Source: Rhina ancylostomus | Taxonomy: Eukaryota | Direction: 5' to 3' | Assembly: GCA_030265395.1 (NCBI GenBank) | Contig: JARFYF010000104.1 | Location: 62,587,799 to 62,651,798, forward strand | DNA: 64,000 nucleotides | Shown here: piece after piece, positions 25,618-40,600 of the stretch | How the letters are laid out: each line of letters opens with the position of its first letter | Position numbering within the stretch: position 1 is the stretch's first letter | Translations under genes and position numbers: made by a program | Notes under the pieces: generated by a model | Databases searched by the model: none | The model's input: only the letters and a program-made list of their open reading frames with translations | What the model was told of the DNA's origin: nothing

Positions 25618-28600
25618 CTGAAAAAAGGATAGACAAAAGCATTAGAAGAAATATTCACATTTGCCACAAAAAACTAAACCAATTTTTCATTGTTGGTACC
25701 CAGCACTAATTTAGAGATTCTACCCGCAATTCTAAAAGTAAATGGATTATACATGCACATTTAGTACTAGTTTTGCACGGATAGGGTCTTGAACCAACGA
25801 TAAGGTCTTACAAATGGTAAAGATGACCCAAATAGTCGTAGATCCTTTGCTTGACTTTCCAAGTGAAGTATTCAAATGTGTATCTAAAAAGTAGAAAGCA
25901 AATGTTTCATCATTTCATATACAAGAAATTCAAAAAGGTAAGTTAGTTCTAGGCACTTCATAATCTTACTAAAAGCATCAAGTTGCATTCTTAAGGGGAT
26001 TCCATCTGTGTCATAGCCTGAAACATTGCTTCAGAATTTAAACCAAGTTGTTGCAGCTCCTTCATGGATACTTTAACCAGGAGATTAAAACAGTTCCAGT
26101 CAATGATGCAAATAGAGACCTTGTACAATGTCTTGCTTGAAATTTAGAAAAGGTTGAAATGGAAGAGTTTCAATATTACAAGTATCAAATATGCCCACTG
26201 GTATACTAGGATTGAGGTAAAAGCCCAATGCAAATGAAATTAAGGCACAAAGATCTGCTTAAACAGGATTGAAAAATTTCTGCTAGTTACTGTACTACCT
26301 CTGGGGCTAGCCAAAACTGTTGGCAAGATGGTACGTGATCTGGCAAACTCTTCTGAAGCAACACCTGCAGACATCTTTGTTGGAGCTGTATGTTCATTTA
26401 CTGTAAAGGAATAGGAATAGTTATGTACCAATTTTTTTTTGGTGTTAGCAACAAGTGAATAGGTTTTTAAAAAAGTGTTTGTCATCCTTTCTACATTTAT
26501 CCAGTCTTTAATTTAAAGCTAAATTTTCTAGTCTACAGTAGCAACTCAAACTCATTACATGGTATCCTTCAACCAGGAGGTTAAAATAGCTCATTCAACT
26601 CCATTTACAGTTCTAGAGCATCAAACCCAATTTAGGGGTTTAGGGTAGGAGAGAGATAACTTATATACTTGGAAGTGTAAATTATGCCCAATAAGCTTTG
26701 GTGCTTAATTGCTTGCATCAGCCTAGTGGTCAGGAGGTCTTAGACTTTAGATACAAAGTCTAATACTTTTCCTCCATTTTCAGACCTCTAGCGAATAGCA
26801 GGAGCATCACCAAGACCTGTATGTACCCAAGAAATGCCCCATCAATAGCATAAACATTAGCAAACACTTAAATACCTTAAAACACCCTTACATTAACAGC
26901 TAACAATGAACTTTGTCTGCCTTGGTAAACATCACATGGTCCTTCAATGTCTGGAACTGGACAAGGGGATACGGATGCTCACAGATTCCATGGGAGGTGA
27001 ACATAGGAAATACAAGTACACATGTTCCCACTGGAAACCTGAGTTTTTTGGTGCAGCTCAAAATTTTAGAAATTGAGGGTCTAGAGCTACGATTCTTGAT
27101 TACATGGATAGCATAGTGAATAATGAAGATGGAGTTTACGCCACCGTAGGAGAACTTCAGTTAGAACTGAACCCAAAATACTACCTTCCTGACAATGCTT
27201 CTCATCATCCTTCAACACCATTCCAGTTGGACACACGCAGGTATACTTTGGTGATCGACTGTTAATTTGAGGAGCAGGGAGGCACATGTGCTCACAAGTT
27301 CCAAACTCTGCACACCAGTTTTTCCCTAGAATGCACCAAATCAAAATTTCAGAAACATTCAAGCACAGGAATCAGCTTTAACTGGTGCACTGTAACCATT
27401 CATGCTTTACCAGTTTCACTCCATTTTGTTCTGGATTATCAACAATATGCACAAACAGCAAGTCATCATGCAAACAGGATACAAGTTTGGCAATACTGTC
27501 AGCATTTAGGAAGTTATGTTGTGTAGTTTCTCAACTGATGTTAAATTTGAAGAGTAAAGAAAAATTGAAGTGTGCTTTTCCATCTTTGGGCATGGAATGA
27601 ATTTCTGTATAGAAAAAGTGTACAGGAAGACATGCTAGAATACACTTCCACGTACCAAATCTGTCAAGGCAATTATACTGAAAGTTTCCAATAATCCCAC
27701 AAACCTGAAGAATTTTAACATGTCTGGCATTAAGGCAAATTCAAGAATGGACATTCCATAGCTGTTAGCTGTTTTATTGCTAAATATAATCAAGCAGGAA
27801 CCAAGTCACATTTACAGTACATAAAAGGAGGCTGCAGATTTCTTACCAGGTATCTGTATCAGCTCATGATAGATTATGATGTCTCCAGTTTCAACACTCG
27901 AGGCCAAAAGCTTCACATCACCTCCTGTATACTTGTTGGCTCCATAAATTCCTTTTCCCTCATCAGCCCAGTAAATATAATCCTGGAAATGCACATTTTG
28001 GGAAGATTCCACTTCATAAATCCATGGGAGGCTTTAGTTCAAGTATAACAACTCCTCACAAATGGACCATTAGAATAAATTTGAGATGAAGCTTGCAACT
28101 AAAGTTATAATTCTAGTCTTCAGTTGAAAACTTGGACGTCAGCCACTGAATTTTTGAACCATCTACTCTGAAGAGTTTCATCAAAACTAATCTTTAAAAA
28201 AAAAACATAGATTACCTCAAATAGAGTCACAGCACAAGGATGGGCAAGGAATTCTTGTGACTGCAATACTGTTCTTCTGTCCTGACCATTGAGATCTACA
28301 CTTGACAATGTGTGCAACTTTGCATCAATCCAATACAAGCGGGCTTTCATATAGTCTGTGGAAAAAAAGTTAAACCAATATTGACATAGTCCAACACCAG
28401 GCATTGCACCACTAAAAGAACCTTACTTACCAAGTGCAATGCCTTTTGGCCACTCAACTTTGGCAGCAAGCAAAAGTTGGCGATTAACACCATTCATGCC
28501 TGCTTTCTCGATCTTTGCTGGAGTGCCCCAGTCAGACCAGTAAATAAACCTTGAAAGAAATGGATCACACTTTGAACCAGTTTTTGAATGCATCTAGCAA

Positions 28601-31600
28601 GCTGCAACTCCTGCTGCATTGAAGAATAAACTTCAACTTAATGCAAAGGTAAATGAGCATTTTTAGCTGACCAGAGGATTTAAAAAAAGTGGCACTGCAA
28701 TTTAAAGAGACTGCTCTGGAACAAGTGTATAGACTGGCTCACTAGATTACAAGTGCCAAATAGAATGTTGTTAGATTACTATCGAGCCAGTGTTGATTCT
28801 CATGTGATCTGTTACTTATATCAATATTTTGCATAGAAGCAGAGCTTATTTGTTTAATCTTACAGTAATTTACTTCTACCAATTCCAAATTTCCACCTTG
28901 TACCTCAAGCTAATTTGAAAATGCACTACTACCATTTGGTTGGAAAATTGTATCATTACTTTGACTTGATATCAACACTTCACTTTGAAAAGAATAAGTG
29001 GACAGCATTGAAATTTCAAAAGATGAAAATACTGGATAAATCCAAATCAACACTAGTAAATTTACAAAACTAGAGCACGTAGTACCCTGATAGTGGATCA
29101 ACCACAACTGAAGCTGGTTCCCTTAGGTCCGTATCAAAAAGAATCTTCCTTTTCGTTCCATCAAAGTTAGCCACAGATAGTGTTTTAGTGCCACGATCAG
29201 TCCAGTAAACAAGTTTATTGATCCAGTCCACAGCAATTCCTTCAGGGATTTGCAAGTCATTAATTATGGATGTTCCATCTGCACGATCCCTTCCATTCAG
29301 TGACATGCTACAACAGAAGTACAAGGCAATTAGATAGATCTGCAAAATTTGCTTCCAATTTATTGCTAGAAGGATTGGATTTTGCAAACCAACAGTAGTG
29401 CAATAGGGATACTGGAGACTGCAGACACTAGAACCAGGAGCAACACACAAGCTGGAGGAACTCAGTAGGTCAGACAGGATCTATGGAGGGAGGTTGACAG
29501 TACTCAGCACCAACCTTGAAACTACTCGAGTTCCTGGTTTGTGCATCCACAAATTCCATCTTGCAAATGTTAAGTTATTAAAACTGAGGCTGCACTTCAT
29601 TCAGCAAGGGGGCCAGGGAGCAGGGTTGGTTTAAGTTAATCTCCATGATTTTGGCAATATGCTGGAAATCATCTCAACCTGGAGAACTGTTGATACTTCA
29701 AGATTGAGAGGCATCAGTATTTGTGGTCAACATAAAGTGATGAGCAATCAGGTCTTATCATTGGAACTTTAATAGATTAAATTTAATGCAATATGTCCAT
29801 TACCTGAAGATTGCCTGCTGGCCCACATCAGCCCAGAAGATTCTCTCCTCTGCAACATCAGCATCCAGTGCTACAGCATTTCTCAGCTGCACAGCAACTT
29901 GGGTGTACTCCTGGTGATGTAGTCCTAGCTTCCGAATGTCATGGCGATTCGTGAAGATCAAATAAGGCTCTTTTCCTAAAGTTCAAAGTTGTATTCGCAA
30001 CTCAAATTCCAAAATGCTGTTGTTTTACAATTTGGTTTAACAGACGACAAAAATTTAGTTGTGCATCATGAAACCTTGTTTCATTGTTTTGGTCCAAACT
30101 TGCCATTATAGTCCAAGGTGTTCCATTTAATAAAAGCTTACTTTCATATTTGTAATCAATATACCCAAACCAAAAATCTTCTCCCCACTTAAATTTAGGT
30201 AGATTTAAATTAGTGTATTTAATAGGAAATTGAATGGACTTCAAGCCCTGCAGGTAGTTTTATGCCATTGTCAATGACAAGTTGTTAATGAATGATCATA
30301 GATTCTGGATGTCATCTTGAGTAATAAACTGTAATAGAATGATCACAGGATACAAGAGGGAGCATCCAAGTAGCATCTTAAGACAATGCACCAAATCAAG
30401 GTAGAATTTGCTAAATCCAAAAGTAGCCAAAAATACAATTTCATCTTGTATATTAAACTGTTCAGTTAAAAATCTGGTCAATAAGAAGTGCCTGGATGCA
30501 AGGAGTTTAGATCTGCAAAACAGAACACCCCACCCAACCCCAAAAACATTAAGCTACTCCTATATAGGGAAATGGACTAGAAGTATATTAATTATCTTTT
30601 CTCTTGTCCCAGAAAAGACACACTTGTAGCAAATTACCAACACCCATAAGGAGCATTATCTTACATATGCACAGAAGTTTTATACTCGCCTATTGCCTTG
30701 CAAACTCCATTAGCTGGATCCATAAGGTAACCTGCATGACATTCACATTTGTAGCTTCCATCTGTATTAACACAAATTTGACTGCAAGATCCAGGATTGT
30801 GGCATTCATTAACATCTGAAAAAAAAGTCATTGGGTCCTTCATATTTGTAGTTCAGCAAGGCAATGAAGAATAATGGCTCTAACTAAACATCCTTTATAG
30901 TAAGCACCCAACCAATAGCAGTCCATGTAGTATATCCAAAGTCATACCACAGTTCTTAAGGGTTTATTCAAATCCCTATTAGTTTCCAAGTAAAGCCCTA
31001 ATTATGTTATTGGATTGTTCAGCATCTGGCTCACTGGGGTCATCTGTGCTTCCTTTAAACTCACCAGGTTTACCGAACAATAATACAATTTAACATACAA
31101 AAATTTATGTAGGTGTTTTGTCAATAAGAGTAATGCCTAATAGTCTGGGAAAAAATGTTTTACTGTCATCTCTAATCTTGCAATAGACAGGTCAAGGGCA
31201 CTTACCTCCACAGGTAGTCTTGTCAATCAATTCATAACCAGCAGGACATTCACATTCATAGCCAATGACAAGATCATGGCATATGTGGGAGCAGCCACCA
31301 TTCTTCTTTAAACATTCATTCTTTTCTACAGAACACAAATTGTCAAATTTCAATGTTACTACTCCATACACTATCCTCAAGCAGTAAAAAAATACTTGGT
31401 ACAGTTCAAAAGGAAACTGTCACATCCCGACTTAGACATTTCACTTAATTCCATAGCAATTTATAGTGACCAATTCTTGCACTGCATGGGGGAGAAACAA
31501 ATCTCAAAATTTAGTGCAAGTGGAATCACTTCAATATGAATGGATACCACTGCAGAGTTACAATGTTAGTGCACTCCTGATAGAATCGCTTAATCAATTC

Positions 31601-34600
31601 CAAACCCAATTTCATTTATTCTCCAAATCAGTGAATTTCTGTACACTCATTTTCCATAACAGATTAACATTTGAGCTGCAATAGTCAGAAAACTGAATGG
31701 AATCACCATATGGACTTCAGGATTTCATGCATTTCCAGCAGTTTAAATTCAAATATGCATGTTGAAACTATGCTTCAAGACAATGTCACTTACTGCATTC
31801 ACTGAGAATTTCATCACTCCAGTCTTTGCAGTCCTGCTTAGTATCACATACTTGGCTGATGTTTATGCACTCTCCACTATGACATTTGAAGTTAGTCGGT
31901 TCCATGCATTCTGAAACCAAGTATTGGAAGAAATTGTTCCACTCAATTTTTGGGATTAAAAGCATTGCCGGTAACTATACATGGCTCATGCCAAACANNN
32001 NNNNNNNNNNNNNNNNNNNNNNNNNNNNNNNNNNNNNNNNNNNNNNNNNNNNNNNNNNNNNNNNNNNNNNNNNNNNNNNNNNNNNNNNNNNNNNNNNCAA
32101 ACAAAAGAATGAACTTTGATAACATTGTCACGTTTCTCCATGTTAATATGAGCATTGGTTTTAGTGCAACTTTATAGACATGTTGGAAATTTTTGATACT
32201 TTTAGCAATTGACTCAGCAGCTGCTATTTCTGAAATTAGTTCTTAAGGGATGTACCTGCAACTATTATAGGGAGTGCTGCTGCTGCTGCGATGATGGGGT
32301 GGGGGGGGGGGGGTAGTACACTCCCATGGTCTTCAGGAGGACTGGGCAGGCCGATAAGGAACATGCCTGCTCCTTCATAAAACTTGTGGGAGTAGTGGGC
32401 ACAGATCCTTCAGATCCATTCTCAGGTGCTCAAGGGGAAGTTACCCAGGGAAAATCTCTGCAAGGATATGTAATCACTGCATGCCTTCATGATGCAAGTG
32501 CCCATATCTGCACCTGGGGGGTTGAAGGAAGAGAAGGCACCCCTTGTGTGGGTGACTTCACTAATGCAGTAGTGAGCAGCAGAATCCTGGCAGATCAGTT
32601 GCAGCTGCTCAAACTCTTAACACTGGAAAGCCAAAAGTGACGGAAGATTAGAGGGTCACAGGCAAAGTAGTCCAGACATACTGATCAAGTTGTGTTTGAG
32701 CTTTCCAATCAGAACAAATGCTGTTTGCATAGTGGCCCTTAAATAGCATGGCTTCAAGCGAAAATAGTAGTTAGCAAAACTTGGTTGCTTGCCAAGTAAT
32801 ACATTTTCAGAAAAGGTTGAAAATTTCACTGCAATGAAAAAATTTTGCACATTGTACTTTTGTTGATGCAAAAGTCCCCAAATTGCATCTAATGATTAAA
32901 GAAATATCCCAGCAAAATCAAGGAGTTTCCCAATTGGCACCTTGAATTGCTTTACTCAAGGTTAATCTTCATTTTTCAACACCATATTCTTGGGAGGAGA
33001 AAATTTCTAACCCCATATTACTAAACAAAAAGGCATGCTCACTTACTTTCCTGGCAGTTGATTTCATCATCACCATCACTACAGTCTCTAAATTGATTAC
33101 ATCTTTTTCTCCCAGGGATGCAACTGCCATCATTACATTGGAAGTGATCAGGTCTGCATGTACGAGGAGCTAAGAATTAGAATAGAGATACATTTAACTG
33201 CAATCACTTAAAATGGAAGGCCTTAAAGTGTGCAAAAGTGTATCAGTGCCACATTTGATAAATCACTTTTTTGATCAAGAAGAACATTTTTGCTATATTA
33301 AATGAGGCAGTTTCTGAAACCACCAGATTGCTTCCAGCATTTTGCAAGCATCTGTGCAGAATCTTTTCTTGTATCTCAGATCCACAAGCACATATGGCTT
33401 TGTCTAATTAAACTGTTTAGAAATAAGGTATTGAACTGAATAGAGCACAGGCATTTAGTTTTCTGTGCACTTCCCACTTTAGAAGTAGTGACTATTCTCT
33501 TAAAACCCAAACTGATAAACATTTCATCAACTTACAACTCAAATACATGTACTTTTATCAAAAGCCAAATTTAACTTAATTTTACACAGATTTAAGGTGG
33601 CCTTTGGGAACATGTCCAAGGAAGGATTTTCTGTTCATTCACTAAAGCTCAAGTCCAGAACACAAGCCACTAGATGCAATTGCATACTGAAATGTCATCT
33701 TGGCACTGGTAGAAAACAAATAACTTTGAAGTCACTTTCTCAAATCTCCTTAACACTGAATAGAGGCAAACTAAAAATCTATACTTCAAAACATTCATTC
33801 CATTTAACTACAGAAATATGGCAAGAAGGCAATGAAGGAAATAGGAACAGCTCATCAGGCATTTCAAGCCTGCTGTGTCACTTAATATCATGGTGGATCT
33901 ATGCTGCTTTTACTCATGTCATTTCTCCACACTATTCTTTGCTCTTTCAAATATCCATCATCACTTTATGATCTGGCCTCCACTACTCACCAGGGTAGAG
34001 AATTAAGCCCTCTGCAAGAAGAGATTTCAGTTTTAACTGCAAGNNNNNNNNNNNNNNNNNNNNNNNNNNNNNNNNNNNNNNNNNNNNNNNNNNNNNNNNN
34101 NNNNNNNNNNNNNNNNNNNNNNNNNNNNNNNNNNNNNNNNNNNCAGTTTTAACTGCAAGGGGTTGGTCATTTATGTCCCCTAGTTTGAAGGTCTCCCACT
34201 AGTGGGAGCATCCCAACACATATGCCTTAGGATCACTTGTTTGAACAAGATCTCCCCTTATTCTAAACTCAGGAATACAGGCCAAAACCATTTAGTCTCT
34301 TGTTAGGAGCTCTCTCGCATCCTAGGAATTAGCCTGGTAATCCTCCTTTGCTGCCTCCACATGTTTTAAATCAAGGAGACCAAATCTACGCAGTATTCCA
34401 TGCTAGGCTTTAACACCCTGTATAATTATAAAACCTCTCAAACTCCAATTCATTTGCAAATGAAGGCCAACATGCTGTTTACCTCAACTACTTGGACTTG
34501 CTTGCTAGCGAGCTTTGAGAGGAGCACGAACGAGGATACCTAAATCCTACTGTGCCGCGCTCACTTGCGGTTTCTTCATTTAGATAATCTGCCTTTTGAC

Positions 34601-37600
34601 TTCTCTTACCAAAGTGAATGGCCACACACTTCCCCATATTAGACTCCATTTGCCAATCTATATTATGTTGCAGAATCACAGTATCCTCATCACATGGCCT
34701 TCCACCCGTTCTCAAATTTGCAAACTTTACATGCCGTTCCTTCCTTCAGGACAAGGATGTAAATAGTGAACAATTATGGGCCAAGAACTGCTCTGTAGTA
34801 CGCTACTATTACCTCCTTTCAATCTGCAAAGGACCCTTTTATTCCAACTATTATGCGGCAGCTAGTTTTTAATCCATTTCCAAGACTCTGACACCTTGGG
34901 ATTTTAATGTTTTTAATCCATTTCCAAGACTCTGACACCTTGGGATTTTAATTTATGCATCATCCTCATGGTACCTTGTCAAATGCCTTTGAAATCTAAA
35001 TACACTACATCTTCAAGTTCTGCTTCATCAATTCTCCCATCACATCCTCAAATTCAAGCAAATTTGTCAAACTTGAGGCAAATAAATAACGTTGATTAGG
35101 TTTACTTATATTGTTTTTCTAAATGATTAGCATTTCCTGATTGGCATCTTGCCAATAACTATTAAACTAGCCCATTCCCTGCCTTCTACATTTCTTTGCA
35201 CAATTGGCCATTTTCACACTGAGTCACATTGGCCATTTTCCAATCTTCTGGTACCCTCCTAGAGTTTAGTGTTTTATGAAAAATTTCAACCAATGGGTCC
35301 ACATCTCCACAGCCTTTTGAAAACTCCCAACATACAGTCCATAAGGTCCTAGCAATTTGTCCACATTTGGCACAGCAAGACTACCCCCAAATGAGATTTT
35401 TTAAAAATGTAAATTAGCCCATCTGATATCTTGGGGATATAATATCATCCAGTGGTGAATAAATGACTGACAAAGTAATGGCAGATATGCTGAATAAATT
35501 TTGTTTTGCTTGTCTTCACCCTTGTTCTCTAGAGGTCCTCCATCTACCTTTGCTGCCCTCTTCCTATATATCCATAGAAACTTAGGTTTTAGAACCCATG
35601 CAAAGTTCTCTCTTAAATTCATTTTATCCCCAGAGCTTCTTGGACACTTGCAGCTGGATCCCAAAAACTTCCTAGTCTCCTGGTCTCCTACCTTCTCGTC
35701 ACTTTGTATATTCTAGACAATTCCTCCCCTCAGCATTATAATTGCACTTATTCAAATTGAAGACCCTTGTTATGCACCCATGGCCTTTATCCTCAAACTG
35801 CATTTGAATTCCATTATATTGTGGTCACTAACCCCCAGGGGATCTTTAACCACAAGGTTCATAAATCTTTCATTACACAAGAATCTAAAATAACCCATTC
35901 CCAGGTAGACACCAATGTACTGCTCCAAAAAAGCAATCCAACATTTTCCATAAATTCTATGATACCCTTGCCAGTTTGGTTCATCCAATCAATGTAAATT
36001 GAAGTGTGTAACCAGAAAGAAAGACTTACGACAATTAGCTTCATCACTTCCATCTTTGCAGTCAGCATCACCATCACAGTACCAGTTCTGGTGGATGCAT
36101 TCACCTGAAGCACACAGGAACTCATTGGGAGAGCAGGCCAAAAGAGGAAGAGTGTATCCACAGCGGTCTGGAGATTCATCTGATTTATCTCTACAATCCA
36201 CACTGTTATCACACACCCAGTTTAAAGGTATGCATTCTGAACTATTGCACTGAAACTCATGAGTGCCACAGGCANNNNNNNNNNNNNNNNNNNNNNNNNN
36301 NNNNNNNNNNNNNNNNNNNNNNNNNNNNNNNNNNNNNNNNNNNNNNNNNNNNNNNNNNNNNNNNNNNNNNNNNNAGCAGCACAGTGCTTTTCATCACTTC
36401 CATCACCACAGTCATCCATACCATTGCAGGCAAATGCCTTGGCAATGCATCTACCACTGGAGCAAGTGAATTCCAAATGATCACAAGTAACTGTACCTGA
36501 AAAATATAAAAATGGAGCTTACAACAGGTAATGATTGCAAGTATACCATATACTGTTCCCCATATTGTTTTGCAAATTAGACAAATTCAAATATCACACC
36601 AAGATGCTGACCAGCTGGACAGGAAGATTTTAAATATCAGTTACGATGGCAAATTGATGGTAACCTCTGTTGCATTTTAAACTGAAACCAACTCATTCAT
36701 TTTATAACAAATAAATTGATAACCAGTGCCGTAACTGACTTCACAAGTGGTTAAGGGCTCAGAGCAGATTACTGCGCAAAATTTACATTTTAGATTGAAT
36801 TCGATACCTCCTTGAGCAAAAGTGGCAAAGCAAACTTCAGATTATTGCACAGACACCAAGTGATTAAAAACAATTCAAATTCACCAGGATACTAGCCAGA
36901 AGGGGGAAATAAAACATAAGAGTGAAGATACTGAAATCTTATAACATTGTAATAACTTGAAGTTTAGAATGAGGTGGCCACGGTAAAGTGTTAGAACAGA
37001 AGAAACTTACTAATTCATACCATATGTAGAACTTTCTGGAAGCATGAATACCATCAAATTGACCATGTAGTCAATTAGTTAACAAAAGAAAATGTAAATT
37101 CCAGCTACCGCATTGAAGTCATCTTATGCTGGGGGAAATTTTGCAACACCACAAACTGGTCTCAAAATTTGCCCCCTGTCAAATGGACATCAGTTTGAAA
37201 TTTGGTGCAAATACATAGAATGAAAAATGAAAGTCAGTGAAGATTGTTGCCAGCTTGGACATTAGTTAACCTACCACAATCAATCTCATCACCACCACTT
37301 TTGCAGTCCTTCTCTCCATCACACTGCCATGCAACAGGAATGCACTGCAAGGATCCAGGTCCACAGCTGATTTCATGGCTAAGACACACTCTTTGATCTG
37401 GCGGAAAAAGTTGATACTTCATACTGAAGCTGCATTTCAAATAACCTCAAATTTAGTAACTGGAGTGGTAGGCAAATTGTAGCTACGTGCATTCAATACC
37501 ATGAGCTCTGGCACAGAACTGGTCAAGTTAGTGGTACATGCTGTCAAGTAGTTATAGCATTTGATACATCTACTTGGAACATTTACATTTCTAATCTGTT

Positions 37601-40600
37601 GCAATGTCAAGGACAATAGTTGTTGCTCATGACAGGGTCACCCAGATGTGGATCACTGACTAATGCCAGGAAGTTACTATTTGGGAAAATGTCAATATTC
37701 TAAAGCAATACTATAACCTTGGAGGCATGTTTGTGTTCCAAAAATCAGATCACAGCATTCCTTGTTGAAAATCCACCAAATGCTAAATTTTAAACAGATT
37801 GTAGACATGCAAGTGAATGGCAATATGCATTGGGCAAATAGTACACATCCCTTACTAGAATACAAGTGGTACTTACGACAGACTTCTGTACTTTCATCAG
37901 ATCCATCTTCACAGTCAGCTTTGCCATCGCATAACCACCTACTAGGTATACATTGCTTATTGCGGCACACAAAGTCAGATGCTCCACACGTTTTAACTAA
38001 TGGAAAGACAACTAGTAAACCACATTGCTCTCAGTTTACATTCAGCCTCTAATGATTAAATAATTACTGAAAATTGTTTCCTTTGCAGGGGAAGTCAATT
38101 ACCACATTAGATGGACTCAATTTTAACCTAGGTATAAAGCAAATAACTGTTTGTCTTTTCTCCATTCATGCAATACCTAGCCGTTTTGTTAGTCTATGTA
38201 GGGGGAGCTCTGGTTTCAACCTCATTTTAATCATGCAAATTGACACTTAATTGACTTTGTGCCGAAGTTCAGGTTTGTGAATCAAGTTCAAGAATAAAAA
38301 AATCCTCACACAATTAGACTACCAAATAGAAATGGCTTAAATCAATACCTTGCTCTAAGAGTTAAACTCTAGGTTAGATCTAGTGGATGTTGGGCAAACT
38401 CACATATACCCATCCTGCAGTGCTGTCTATCTTCATCCAGCTCCATCCCAGATGGACACACACAGGTATATTTTGGAGAGTCTCTGTCAATTTGGGGAGC
38501 TGGGAGACACATGTATTCACAGCTTCCCATCTTAAGATTCTCACACCAGTTTTTGCCTGTGGATACACAAATCTAGTTTGCAATTGGATCCTTCCAACTA
38601 GGAAAATCAGACTCAGATTATTTAACTCCAGTAAACATCATACAGACCCAAAATTCAGTAAACCAAACAATTCATTCCAATGAGAAATTGAAAATGAACC
38701 TTTTCCAATGTCACTGCTGGACTAGTGGGCAAGAGTAAATTGCCAATGACTGCAGAGGAGCTGGTATCTGACAAAATTTAAAAGCAGAATGCCAGAAACT
38801 GGCAACAGATTTACAGAACACAACTTAAAATACAAGCCAAAGACATGAAGTGGCAAGGCCATCTGCAAGCTGTTGGCAAAATCCTGAACATATTCTTAAA
38901 CACTTAAACTTTCAGACAAGGGCTCAGGCAAAAGTAATATTGCACTTATCACTAAAATATTTAAATGTAGTCAAGTGGTGGATAGTTATGACATGAAGTT
39001 TGACATTCTTTATTCATTTATACAGTGCATTGGAAAGCTTGGTCCCATTCATTCTTAAAGAGGGGGAGAAAAAAAATAACCGAGTTTTTTTTTGGGGGGG
39101 TGCTGTGCAGAGGGGAAGAAAATTGTGGGGGAAGAGTGAAAGAGAATTTGGAAATTCACAAATACAAGGAAGAGTTGAACAAAACTACTGACTGCAATGT
39201 TATATAGTCACCTTCAAGGTGAATTTAACAAGTCAAGAACACAGTCAAAATTTACCTGATGGTTGAGTAAGCTCATGATGAGCAATGAGATCTTGAGGCT
39301 CAATGTTGACAGCTAAAAGCACTGTATCTGAACCTGTAAATTTGTTGGTTCCATAAAGTGCTTTTCTCTCCCCGTCCACCCAGAACACATTATCCTAAAA
39401 GCAGCAGATTATCAAAATTGTTAATGCTTATAAATGCAATAGCAATTTCCAAGTTACTTACTGACGTGATAGAATCACACCAGGTGCAGCTTGAATCTTT
39501 GATCATCATCAGTAATTCAAGACAGAAGTAAGGACCTACAATTGATCAAAGTCAGCTTCAATTTCAACCTAGCAGTTGAAGGATGGCCTCGAGGTTTGTC
39601 TCTCCTACCCGTCATTAAAGTTAAATCATCCAACTTTCTCCCTTCAGTTGCCACACACTAATCAATTACTCATTTAAAAACCCTGATTTCCCCCCGCTGC
39701 CCCAAAGTAGTCTAGAGAACACAGTATTATAGTTTACATTGAGGTGTTAAGTGATAGGTAGTAGCAGAATACAAAATACTGATGTAGGGTGGAAGGTGAA
39801 CATTCTAGTGACAAAGGACCAGATTTTAAATAATTAACATTCAAAATTTGGCCTTGCATGTTAAGTGATTCTGCTTGTTGCAGTGTCCAGAAAGGATGTC
39901 TTAGAATACTTAAAACCGAGGGGGAAGACTAACCAGGGTGGTGGCAGCTTTGTCTGGGCATGGGGAGGGTCATTCTAGATGGGGAAATCTTATTCTGGAC
40001 CAAAAAGTGTTTGGGGGAAGTGGGGGAGAAGAAATATTAGGGATGACTGGTTAAAAAGATGTCCATATCAGAATATGGAATGGAATGCCCCTGGGAGAAC
40101 AGAACAGAATCCCTGCAGGTTGCAAGGAAATTAGACTAAGGTGGTATGGAAGTCAATGGGTTTGTAATGGATGCAAGTTACTGGACTATTTCAGGATACA
40201 AAGGATTAGTAGAGAAGTCAGGTGAATACATTGAACAGATGGACAAGGTACAGACTGTACAGTCAAACTTGCCTCAAATATGGCAATTGCAAGAGCATGA
40301 GCAAGGTATTCCTTTGTCATCAACACAATTCTTCTGTCTTGACCATTTAAGTCTACACTTGATAATACATGCAGTTTTGAGTCAACCCAATAAAGACGGC
40401 CCTTCACAAGATCTGTGGGGGGGGGGGGGGCAGGGAGGGAAAATGCATTGCATTATAAAGTGAAATTATAGTATATAGTACATACTCTAATCAGGATTGG
40501 CAACCTACTTACCAAGAGCAATGCCATGTGGCCATTCAATATCTCTGGTAACCAGGGCATTACGGTCATAACCATTCATTCCTGCTTTTTCAATCTTTGC

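Noticed and set aside
26255-26280. FFNPV in an alternative minus-strand frame as an NPxY motif
   Set aside because: It is followed by TAA, is out of frame and has no upstream TM; the real tail is at 25511-25617.
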